64,000 nucleotides of DNA from Tubiluchus corallicola. Its lineage: Eukaryota > Animalia > Priapulida. Shown one piece after another: positions 24,801 to 35,100 of this stretch. How positions within the stretch are numbered: position 1 is the first letter of the stretch; each line of letters begins with the position of its first letter. The notes under the pieces were generated by a model. It saw only the letters and a program-made list of their open reading frames with translations. It was not told where the DNA came from and made no database searches. The stretch lies in assembly GCA_030141605.1 (NCBI GenBank), contig JAQGDQ010000281.1, positions 124,001 through 188,000 on the forward strand, read 5' to 3'. Both the position numbers and the translations under genes were made by a program.

Positions 24801-27275
24801 CATAATGTAGCCAACAATTATATTTTTGGCCTGCGAGAAAACAGCACAAATAAAATTGTTGGTTAATACAAGGGATCTACATAAAGAGATTGTAATAGCT
24901 GTACTAGAAATTTAATGTTGTGGATAAGCTTGCTAAGCTAATTAACAGACAATTAACATCTCATACTTGCACATATTATTAATTTAGTACTAGTTACTAG
25001 TTTCTTTAGTGCAAAAATTTGAAAACAAGTCTGCTCTGGAAAATGTTGAAGAAGAATATGGCAATCCTATAGATTTTTTATCAACTCACATTTACTGTTC
25101 CAGTTATTTCTACACGTTGACCATTGCAGTACTGGAAACATGGATAAAAATAGATAATACAGGGCATAGCTTGCCACCCCACAATCCCGTACTACTACCA
25201 ACGCTGACCGGATGAGCATGCAGATGCCAACACCTGTAAGGAAATATAGACATTAAAAATCAAGTTACAACTGTAAGGTTATTTACTATTTTATCGCAAA
25301 ATTGAGATACTTGATAATTACATTATATCATATAGGGAAACTAACTGTCAATATCAATGAATTCAGAGGGTACCCACATTTTGTCAGTTATATGCAAATG
25401 TTAGTAAAAAACTTTTCTTATCATCAAATGGAACAAGTTACGAGTGTTCTACAGTTAATACTAGCAGTTTCCCTGAAAATCTGTGTGCCCAGTAATTGGA
25501 TTTAATGGTTCAAAGATGTGAACATGATGGTGATGACGCCATATGGATAGCTGCATTATTTTTTTAAAGCAAAGTTTTGGGCAACACTTTAGTATTATTA
25601 TAATATTTAGTACTTATGCAAAAAATTTGCCTTTCCCACCACAGCCACGCAGAGACCATTCAATTTGGAAATGCAGGAACAATTAGGGAGGTGTAACTCG
25701 CAAAGTAATATCAGATCAGCCAAGAAGAGGCATCAGGATCGTACAGGTAACAGAAGTTTGGCGCGTTTTCAACTTTTTCTATTGTATCTCTTGCCCGGGA
25801 TAAAGCAGCAAAACACTTTAGAAACAAGAGAAAGAATCACCGTTCAGTTTCTCCAATTTTACTGAACCACCTTTTCAAATTAAAAACTTTTAGAACTGGT
25901 ACTGCCAAATACCATTCACTTTTTATGGGAAAATGTCTAAATTATTCCATACATTTCTGCTCCACAAATTGTACAAAGCAATTGTAAGGAACGTGTGCAT
26001 TGGAGGACATCTAATATTAATTTTACATTATTCTAAAGTTAAAAAATGGCAACTGGGAACAGTTAGGGAATTTATTCGGCAGCCATTCTTGGGATAAGTC
26101 AGCAGAAGCATTACAGTAGCCAGCAGTAAGTGCAGCAGCACATTTTACAACTCACAAACGCGTCCGTTTAGTTAGAGACGCACGTGAGGTGAATATTTGA
26201 TCTACGTTAAGTCGTAAACAGTGCAAGCCACAATTTCACGAGCGAACAATATTAACATCCTTCTGAAAGTTGTTGTATTCATTATTGTCGTTGTTCACAT
26301 ATCCGTCATCGCCGTCACCATCATCGCCGTCGTCGTGATCATCATCAACATCATCATCATCATCATCTGGAGTAGCTGAGTGGTTGCAGTGCGTACTTAG
26401 TTGCAAAGTTAAGCAATGCTAGACCTGTTTAGTAAATGGGTGGCGAACAGGCAACATTTCACGGACGATTTCATTTGTGGTACTGCCCTGACTCTCAACA
26501 GCGGTCATCTTAAAGAGGTATGCACCTCCGAAGATGGCTAATACACTACTACCAGTTCAGAGGATTATTCTTGATAGTGAAATGTATTCTCAGCTCTGAT
26601 CCCGCTACAACCATCTACATTATAACACTAACTACGCTCTGAGTGTTGGACACTAGCCCTAGCAGTCTCAGACTGCCTATAAAAATCATGATTTCCATTG
26701 TAATCATCAGCATCATCACTGATTCATCACGGATATGAACTGCACCCAAATATGCAAAGCCACAACACCACAACAATAAAGTACAGGGTGTACAGTGCAC
26801 ACGCAGCTTTATGCAGAGTTTTACAATTTAATGAACCTTGAAATTTAATTGTATAAAGTGTTCGTCAGGCTATAAATGATGCAATAAAGTGATTTAGATA
26901 GGTGTCATACAAAACCATAATTTGTTTATGATGACCGTCCAAGACTATCCCGTTGCATCATGATAGGCGTCCCATTAATCAAGAGATGAGCAACACATAG
27001 AAAAAAATGGAAAAAAGACGGAAGAGATACGGAAAGGGAGAGAGAGCGAGAGAGAGAGAGAGAAAGAAAGAGAGAGGGGGAGAGAAAGACAGAAAGGGAG
27101 AGAGAGAGAGAGAGAGCAAAAAGAGAGAGAGAGACAGAAAGAGAGAGAGAACGAGAGAGAGACAGAAAGAAAGAGAGAGGGAGAGAGAAAGACAGAAAGG
27201 GAGAGAGAGAGAGAGAGCAAAAGTGAGAGAGAACGAGAGAGAGATAGAAAGAAAGAGAGAGGGAGAGAGACAGAA

Positions 27276-27311
<36 letters not shown>

Positions 27312-27316
27312 AGAGG

Positions 27317-27370
<54 letters not shown>

Positions 27371-27456
27371 TTACGTGAGATGAGAGAGAGATTGAGGGAG
27401 GAAGAGAGACAGAGAGAGAGAGAGACAGAAAGAAAGAAGGAAAGAGAGATTACGAG

Positions 27457-27553
<97 letters not shown>

Positions 27554-27636
27554 AAAAGAGATAGAAAACGAGAGGGAGACAGAAAGAGAGAGGGAGAGAG
27601 ACAGAAAGAGAGAGAGAGGGAAAGAGAAAGACAGAA

Positions 27637-27698
<62 letters not shown>

Positions 27699-28817
27699 TC
27701 TGGTTAATACAAGTGCTATCTACAAAATCGAGGAAGACTAGCCAAAATGCTCGTAAAGTCCACACAGATAAACCACATCAAACATATTGGGTGGTCTCTG
27801 AGTAAAAATCAGTGAGCCCACTATTAGGCAATTATGTCTACAAGGCGGCATATAAATTACGTATTAAGATATATACGACTTTTCAATCTTACGCTTTTTT
27901 TGCTGGAGGACAAATAAATCTAAGTAACGTGTTGTAAACAAAGTTCTGAAAAGATATAGGATGTGTAAAATTGCACTTGGCTGATTTCTAGGAAAGCCAT
28001 GTTACAATCTGTTTTTAATGAACAAACTCTAAATTATCGTTTATAGAATAGGTTACCATTGAAAAAAGGCGAAGCTTTCCACACGCACAGAGATCCTTTA
28101 TTAGAGAACTGCCCTAGCAGAGACTCCAGATAGATCATAGATGGTCCTAGTGCTAACAGCAGCAAAACATAAACAGTGAAAAAAGGCCCTGAAAAACACC
28201 ACATTATGACGTTAAACGAATTTTGAAAAAATATGGGAGATATTTTTGTTAATATTACGATTAGTTAATTCGTATTGAATAAGCTGTTAAAATTTCAGCT
28301 CATTTTCAGGATTAATTCTCAAACGAATATTTCGATAAAAAATTCATACAGCGATTGAATTTAGTTACTCAGAGTTAGATTTTAGTTTAACATTAGATAA
28401 ATAAATAAAGGTGAAAACATTATTCAATAAGTCTTGATTTAAAACAGGATTTCCACAAGTCTAACGTGTTAAGTCGTCAGCTGGATGTTTTTGTGACTGA
28501 CACAATTCATTTTAATTACATGACAATGCTCAAGGATTATGCAGCAAAACTAGCGGTCATGGCATTGATGCAAATTCAAGCTTTGCCTTCACAGTTGTTT
28601 CTATTCCCATCTTAGGGCCACATTTGGTACAAAATTTTAATACTTATGGGCGCATTCCACAAGTTTACAATGCTACGAAACAAAACTTACAGAATCCATG
28701 CTGCATGATATTGTGAGGAAAATTGACCAGCGTGGCTGTATTGATCACCAAGCCCATGCAAGCCAAGAAGTGCTGCGGGCCACGCCCCCATCGGTAGCGT
28801 CCTTTGATAGGTGTCAT
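15652..28817 (-). CDS. Atypical SLC6 / sodium:neurotransmitter symporter family protein (13 coding exons, ~617 aa)
   Basis: Exons 28817-28691, 28188-28057, 25233-25090, 24442-24325, 23013-22884, 22335-22168, 22039-21811, 21390-21227, 21044-20958, 20595-20496, 18930-18821, 18351-18169, 15813-15652 join in frame (1854 nt, all GT-AG). Family motifs: RxxW, LESLLGQF, WSTCRNNWNSKYC, GIKSLGKVVW, LLIRGVTL, LSSYNGF, DQFP, WVTITP. The start codon is inferred and an upstream coding exon is possible. Confidence 0.9.
16272..17473 (+). mobile_element. Internally deleted hAT DNA transposon (1.2 kb) in the SLC6 last intron
   Basis: TIRs CAGTGGCGTCGTGC / GCACGACGCCGCTG; perfect 8-bp TSD GCCATGAT (16264-16271, 17474-17481). 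Confidence 0.92.
16954..17268 (+). pseudogene. Truncated hAT transposase N-terminus (ZMYM1-like / TTF zinc-finger region)
   Basis: MSRQSNLTSFF..YPKTKMGGKSRSFQGQWFNDRSWLEY..DA resembles the 'RxFxxxW..WLEYS..DA' start of ZMYM1-type hAT transposases; no catalytic domain is present. Confidence 0.75.
17482..17917. mobile_element. Old hAT-type MITE, copy 2
   Basis: Ends match those of 6372-6753 (aataggctaactag ... agcctagggtgctgtaa..tcttgatac); flanked by GCCATGAT / GCCATGGT. Confidence 0.65.
18169..18351 (-). CDS. SLC6 exon TM11/TM12
   Basis: LHVAVTWW..GFIPLWM..GGCCE; canonical splice sites. Confidence 0.85.
18821..18930 (-). CDS. SLC6 exon IL5/TM11
   Basis: VRRMLYEIIKQMLGRR..LWVTITPLLCS; alternative in-frame acceptor at 18942. 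Confidence 0.85.
20496..20595 (-). CDS. SLC6 exon TM10
   Basis: HGFRIVDLIRKYEGLWQGPLFIVLQCIAFGIVY; canonical splice sites. Confidence 0.88.
20958..21044 (-). CDS. SLC6 exon TM9
   Basis: ALGTFRRRVMLHAAICIMFVIAGLPTTTK; canonical splice sites. Confidence 0.88.
21227..21390 (-). CDS. SLC6 exon EL4/TM8
   Basis: ..LPEAV..FSICYYLM..LCDQFPR; canonical splice sites. Confidence 0.88.
21811..22039 (-). CDS. SLC6 exon TM6-TM7
   Basis: LWYNCG..LSSYNGF..CLRD..; canonical splice sites. Confidence 0.9.
22168..22335 (-). CDS. SLC6 exon TM5 (VVWASTLLP..LLIRGVTL..)
   Basis: Canonical splice sites; LIRGVTL motif. Confidence 0.9.
22884..23013 (-). CDS. SLC6 exon TM4 (..LGYPRAWIVACLVMIWAF..GIKSLGK)
   Basis: Canonical splice sites; GIKSxGK motif. 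Confidence 0.9.
24325..24442 (-). CDS. SLC6 exon EL2 (CWDG..NVS..SSPVDEYF)
   Basis: Canonical splice sites; SPxxEYF motif; N-glycosylation sequon. Confidence 0.88.
25090..25233 (-). CDS. SLC6 exon TM3/EL2 (GVGICML..YALYYLF..WSTCRNNWNSK)
   Basis: Canonical splice sites; EL2 W-x2-C-x3-WN motif. Confidence 0.9.
26369..26460 (+). mobile_element. SINE relic head with tRNA A-box plus 5S rRNA-derived segment
   Basis: TAGCTGAGTGG (A-box), then AAGTTAAGCA..CCTGTTTAGTA..TGG, resembling the 5S internal control region. Confidence 0.55.
27036..27697. repeat. Compound (GA)n microsatellite
   Basis: About 660 bp purine-rich tract in SLC6 intron 2. Confidence 0.97.
28057..28188 (-). CDS. SLC6 exon TM2 (WPFFTVY..LESLLGQFSNKGSLCVWKASPFFNG)
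   Basis: Canonical splice sites; E-x-x-LGQF motif. Confidence 0.9.
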
Positions 28818-28835
28818 CTTCACCTCTTCCCCAAA
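28691..28835 (-). CDS. SLC6 exon with TM1 (ATG at 28817; MTPIKGRYRWGRGPQHFLACMGLVINTATLVNFPHNIMQHGF)
   Basis: Acceptor atttttatag, donor T|GTAAGT; aligns by eye to NSS TM1. Confidence 0.82.
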
Positions 28836-31526
28836 CTATAAAAATTCTAATATTAGTACAGATAAAAAGTGCCTATCTATAAAAAATAATTAAACATGAT
28901 AATTGCAAATAATAGAGAGAGGAGAGAGAAAGAGAAAGAAAGAGGAGAGAGAAAGGAAGCGAGGACACGAAACATCAAGCGCTAGCCGATCGATGAAAAC
29001 TATGAGCCTAAAATTTTGCTTAAATATTTCAAAATCTTCTATCCAGGAAGCGGCAAGAGGAAATAAAGTTCCCGCCATACTCATGTTCATTGGGCTTGAA
29101 AGTTCAACTACTGACTCGGATATCTGAGCCGTTTCTGAGGATCTGGGAATGTTTATCAAACAAGCGAAACAAAATATACAGTCTTGAGATTCCAGCTTAT
29201 CATCTCGGCTGGGCGTTTTTACTAATACAATAATTCTCGGCCATCTGTAGCACTTCAAGCTTTCTAGACTGAGATATATAGTATTATAAGCCCTAGGGCT
29301 GGTAGAATGGAACGGAGCTGCATGCCTAGCAATAAACCAAGGTAAAATCTCTGCGCATCACCCTCGCGGGATCCTTCTGTAGTGTGTAGCCAGCTTCATT
29401 TTATAACACAGAGCTACTGTATAGAAGTACACTTTAGCCATAGCTCTGGCTTACTGAGAAATAAGTTGAAAGCTGTTAATTAAAGATACTCAAAAGATAA
29501 AATAATATAACGTCTTATAAAACTGTTAAAAACTGTTTTGCAAAACATACAATTTGCACTTACATTATTTAAAAATAATTTTAACTATAATTTAAAGAGA
29601 TTCTTAATGTTTAATAAATTAATTGTTTACATACCAGAAATTGTTAAACTTCTGTGATTATTAATTTATTTGTGAAAGTAATTCAACAACGTGACTACTC
29701 AACTATAACTCTTTAGGCGACCCTTTGATTGTCCTTGTAAATAAGGTTCTGGTCCAACCATTAAATACTAGAAAACTTGCTGTTTTGAACTGCACTATAC
29801 AAATTTCGACATAAATTAATATTATGGTTTTAGAGGCCTAACGATAAAAAGTCCAGAGGAATTAATGAGTTTTAATTATCCAAAACTGCAGTTTTAATTG
29901 TAGTCAGTAGGCCTATCGTCATATTACTTGCATTTAAACATAATTTGGTCATAGAACTTTACATAAGTTTTGAATTTATAAATGCGTAAACCTGAATCTG
30001 CCCTTTAATCTTCTTTTGCAATTCCAAATGTTGCCAAACAACTTTGAGGTAATTCATTCACAATAGTATACATACACGAGGTTTAAAATGGCTGACTTCA
30101 TGTTGTCAGATTAGTTTCATTCAGCTATTGTGCAAGTGACTACTTCGTACATTTCATACTGTTCAGGCATCAATGATAGATGTGCTTTACAGCAAGGCGA
30201 TTGAAACACCTGGCGAAACTCATTAAAGGGGACAAAAAAGAGTTTCAAGATGCGAGATTGATCAATTAAGTTGTTGGCGTTTTCGAGACAAGCCTTAAGG
30301 ACATTGATTTATAAAAGCCTGGAGGTTCTTATGAGTCATGCGAGCTTATGATATAAGTTTACATCAAGTTGATGTAAGATTTTGCTAGAACTTGGAAGCT
30401 GGCAGTCCTGCTGCGCGTAACCATTATGAAAATTACAAGGCACGCATCTTGATGGCTTTGTCGAGAACATGAACTGCGGATATGCCTGACAAAAAATGAC
30501 GAAGAATGACGCTCTTCTTCAGAAGTAAAGAAAAAAGAGCTGCTGTATTGAAAGGAAATCTGTATTATATGGATAGATAGAGTAATCTTTATATAACATT
30601 TTATGGGTTAACAGTAAATACATGTTAAGCGTATGACAGTTAACATGCTAGTAATTTATCACAAATACGAAACTGGTATTTGGCAATAGCGTTTTAAAGA
30701 ACGATGTGAAAATACGAAGTTAGGGTTTCAATAGTACGTCAAAACAAAAAGAACAAAGTAAATCACACAATTAAGATCAAAAAGCCAATTATTTAAACTA
30801 TCACAACACAAATAAAAATCAATGATTGATTAAGCTTCTTTAGGGAGTTTTACAATAGAAAAAAACATGACAAACACAATCATTTTATGCAGTAATTATT
30901 CAATTCAACACAATGCAATCAGCTAAAATAACACATTACAATACGATATAATTGAATCCTCCAAACTTACAAATAATACAATTCATGCAAAGCAGTCAAC
31001 CATCAATACTAGTGATGAACTTCACCTTTAAGTAGCTCTGGGGAACGGGTAATAAGTAAACAGAAGGTGACTGGCCGACTGCGCAGTTCTAACATCTCTC
31101 TGCACATTAAGTGCAAACCACCAAGCAGTATCGATTAGACTCCCAGCGATCACAGATTTACCTTTGCGGTCTGCCCATTAATCACAATTGCACAAATTGT
31201 CGTCTATACATTTCACATTCAAATCTGGGCACCTTTTACTAGGCTTTCTGAATCAATAGGCTGTTTGCGCAACACAATGCAGGCTTCAGTACCAGCAATA
31301 TGATGCCAATATCTACACCACTTTTAAATTTTGAATTTCGTGTAGATTACCTATCTAAAGAAAGCAAAATAGTCTGACATTTTAATGCAAGATTTCATAT
31401 CTCCTGTGGAGTGGAGCAGTGGAGAAAATGACTTTCTTAATAAAAATGTAATGAAGTTTATTATATAGTTGGTTGTTTATGCAACGGATATTCTTGCTAT
31501 AAAGAATTAAAAAAACTTTTTCAAAC

Positions 31527-32202
31527 AGGACAAGAAAAGGGGCACCTGAAGTAGGTTTCAGAAAAATCGCCTTAAAAATTATATTAATTTACAGCAATTT
31601 TATGCACATATCGTATTCGCATTGAAAGCAATTTTCGTTTTTTTGCATTTTAAATTTCCCGCAGTACTGTTCCGACGGCGCCATTACATGCCGTCATTAA
31701 AACACGTAAATCAGGGGAAGAAAAGGCAATGTTAAATTACGACCCAAAAAACTTTCCGTGTAAATCTATATTAGCTAGCATCTCATTTACCTGCTGGAAA
31801 GACTTATGTAACTAGACTAATAATTTAAAATGTTTGTGCCAATTGGTAAAATATCGCTGATTCACCCTCCAGGGTGCGCCACTCGTTAGCCAAAAACATA
31901 TTTTTAATATTATTGACAAGATATAGTAATTTAACATTTTACTTAATTAGCAGCATGTATGCTACGAATGCTCTGATTATTTTTCAAACTTTGCTCAATG
32001 TTATCAAAACTTGTTTCAAACGACTTTCGATTAAAATGGCTGCGCCTAACGCCTAACGGTCATCACGGGAGTTTAAATTTACACGTTTTATACAGCGTTA
32101 CTACCGATGCAAGCCATGCATACAAAAAAGTAGTATGTAAGTGGTATAAAATTTCGAGACGAATTTTTTGAGCTTTATGTAAGTGGAAGGTTTTCTGGTG
32201 CT
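31527..32202 (-). mobile_element. Kolobok-like non-autonomous element, copy A
   Basis: Reverse-complement homolog of 51003-51696 along its full length; AG...CT termini; TTAA at 32203-32206. Confidence 0.7.
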
Positions 32203-32679
32203 TTAAATATAACTAGCTGTGCTAAAAAGTATTACACTTTCTTTCATCAAAAAAGTGAATTTTTAGGCTCTGAATTTCATATGCACAAATGATAGAATTT
32301 GTCAGGTGGGTATGGGAGTAGCGATACCCGTATAATAAAGTTTAGATTTACAATCAAAACATGGATCAGCCCTTCCAGGATGCCATATTGTCACAAGCAG
32401 CTGCGGTTGCGGTTTAGAACATCATTTAAAGCCTTTTAAAATGAACGTGAAAGCAACTCATGTTGAAGTCACGAGAAATGTTAACCAGCAGAGTCAATGC
32501 TGTTTACGATGCCAGGAAGCTTTAACTCAGAATTCAGGACCTATTGACCATGTGTACACAGACACATGGTTTAGAGAGTTTTGTAGATGCGTAAAAACAA
32601 TACAGCCATTTATTGTACATTGCCATTCTTGTTAAAAATGACGGACGAGAATGAGCTGATTAGCCATAGAGCAAGTTTA

Positions 32680-32730
32680 TAGATCGAAATTAGGCAGCGC
32701 TGAGCCTGGATAGTAAACGGCTTGGTGGCT
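32680..32730 (+). mobile_element. 5S-derived SINE relic
   Basis: gaaattaggcagcgctgagcctggatagta resembles 5S GAAGTTAAGCAGGGTCGGGCCTGGTTAGTA. Confidence 0.45.
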
Positions 32731-35048
32731 TATCTGCCAACGACTGTCATACTACCATCGGCTGCTTGTCTCGTCGAGAAAGACGTACTCCATACGTTAC
32801 TACTTCTGCTAGTTTTTCTTAAGATTGATAACTAGCTAGCTTCTGATCCTGCAATTACGGTCAACATAAACAAGTATTTCTGCCTTTGTCTGGTAGACCC
32901 GGACTTACAGCGTTTACAGTTTAATTGTAAATAGCATATCAATTAGGTACATGTCAAGGCCTGTCTTTTTACTGTGTAATATTCCACTAGATTTCGACTG
33001 TACATCGCATATCAAGAATACGTTACAAAACTTCAGCGAAATCAGTTCGGTTTTTAGTACAGCATGACTTCAAAGAGATTTTCATCTAGTGCTTTTAAAA
33101 GTGAAAACCTCACCCATCCGATGTCTGAGCCATAGTGTAATAGTAGGTCTATCGGTTACTTCAAATACATGTATTAATGCAGCCATTAATTATAATATTA
33201 ATACAATTACAAAAGAATACATTTTTGTAGCCTCGGTGGTATCAGACCTTTCTGCCTTTGTCACTGAGGGTAATGATATTTTTTTGAAAATAATACTAAA
33301 ATATTCTCTGGTTTACTGTTCCGTTCTTGTAATGCATATTGAAATTTCAGTGCGGGGAGAACGTACTTTGTAAAAAACAAAATCAGTTTATGCGAGAATA
33401 ATTGCAAACTACCTTGGCTATTCGACATAAGTATTATAGCGTTTACATACACTGTGCATTTCTGATTTCATAAACATCGCATATGCAAACTCAAAATTTT
33501 ATGTGAAGTAATGTTTGGTGTGGCCTGCTGTGGTGAATGTGGTCTATGGTATTGTACTAGTTAGGCCTGCTCGCGTGGTTTGTCCCTTTAACAAAAGGGC
33601 CGCCCTTGCTGAAAATACACAGCAAAGATGGATTTAATGGGGCCATGATGCAAAGAAAAGCCCCCTCAAAGCGAACAAAATTTATTTTTACATAAAATAA
33701 AATAAGTATGCCACAAATGGTTTTTGAATTACCAGTCTTTTATTCTAAAACTTTTTTAAACGCGGGATAGCAAATTTGCAACTTTATAAATTCGCATTAC
33801 AACCTTTAAAATCTGACTGATTATTATCAATACCTTTAGCTGTGCGTTACTGTTATGCGTCCCCTTATTTCGCAAATCTGGACCCGCCCTTGAAATTTTG
33901 GCACAAAAATAATGTTGACAAGCTTTTCCGACCTGAACCCAATTTTGAGACTGAGGGTATTGTTGTTATGTCTGTCTGGGTAAATGTTCACAACAAAGAA
34001 TCCTGTCCTGTTGATGCCATTGTTTGTACACGCAGTGTAAAGATAGATAATGCATCCAAAGTCTTTTGAAGTTCAAAAAAGAGCTTCAGCACCATTTTTT
34101 GGATATCATAAAGTTCGTGCAATACAAGCCGCCTACAGCGGCCTGCAGCGTTAGAATGTTACAGATGAAACTTTTTACTGCAGCTTGATATATCACCTAA
34201 AGGTCACCCAATTAACGATTCACCAGACCTAACATTACTTTTAATGTACGTGAAACCGATTACATTGTATTGTTTAGTAGCGGTTTATTAGCGGCAACCA
34301 CGGCAGTAGTAATAACAGCAGAAATCATCCTTCGTGTTGCCTTATGTATAAACTTAAACAAAAAGAAGCAAAATGTAATGTCCCACAATTAACCACAATA
34401 TGAAAGTATTACTGAACCTGTTTACATGAATATGGACGCTTTATATTTTTTAAGACACGAATGTGTTTGCTGCATCTTCATATATGTGGAACCTATCCAT
34501 ATTGCCTTATCTCACTAAAACGCGCAAATACCATAATAAAATGGATTTAAACGCCGCAGGGCAAAATTTTTTTAATTTAAGACATTTTTTTACACCGTGG
34601 CAATACGGTGCAGGGGGTCACAGTAGCATCAGTTTTCTGGTAGTCGTAACCAGGCAGTGATTGACAAACCCCAAAGAATCTTTAATATAGTCTCATCTTT
34701 CTACCATCAACGGTATTAAAGAAAAGGCTACATGAGAGTATTCAGTCAATCAGTGCAGATAATATGGAAAATAAAAACTGTTTTTTCACGAGGTTTAACT
34801 CTACCAACAAGATCGTATCGTGACCGCTCACCCACAGAGGTGACTAGGTCATGAGCCGAACTGGAAAATAAACATCTCGGTATTATATTCTTCAGACGTT
34901 CCGGGAGACAAGTATGTAAAAATACGAGCTGCTTTGGCCAAAACATATTCTTTTCTGACTTCTCGGTGAAGAAATTTCGGCTGGAGCCCCTATACGCAGG
35001 ATTACGACAAGACAATTCGCTCATCTTATTGAGTCACAAAGTAAAAAA

Positions 35049-35100
35049 CAGTGGCGGACTGGCCTACCGGGATACCGGGAAATTTCTCGCTAGGCCCCAA
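35049..35100. mobile_element. hAT-type MITE terminus (other end not located)
   Basis: CAGTGGCGGACTGGCC...gggaaatttctcgctaggcccc. Confidence 0.4.

Noticed and set aside
26926-27805. Long ORFs (279, 141 and 123 aa) of SL/ER repeats
   Set aside because: They are translations of the (GA)n microsatellite.
28890-29258. 122-aa minus-strand ORF just upstream of SLC6
   Set aside because: No donor links it to the SLC6 frame and I see no recognisable motif.
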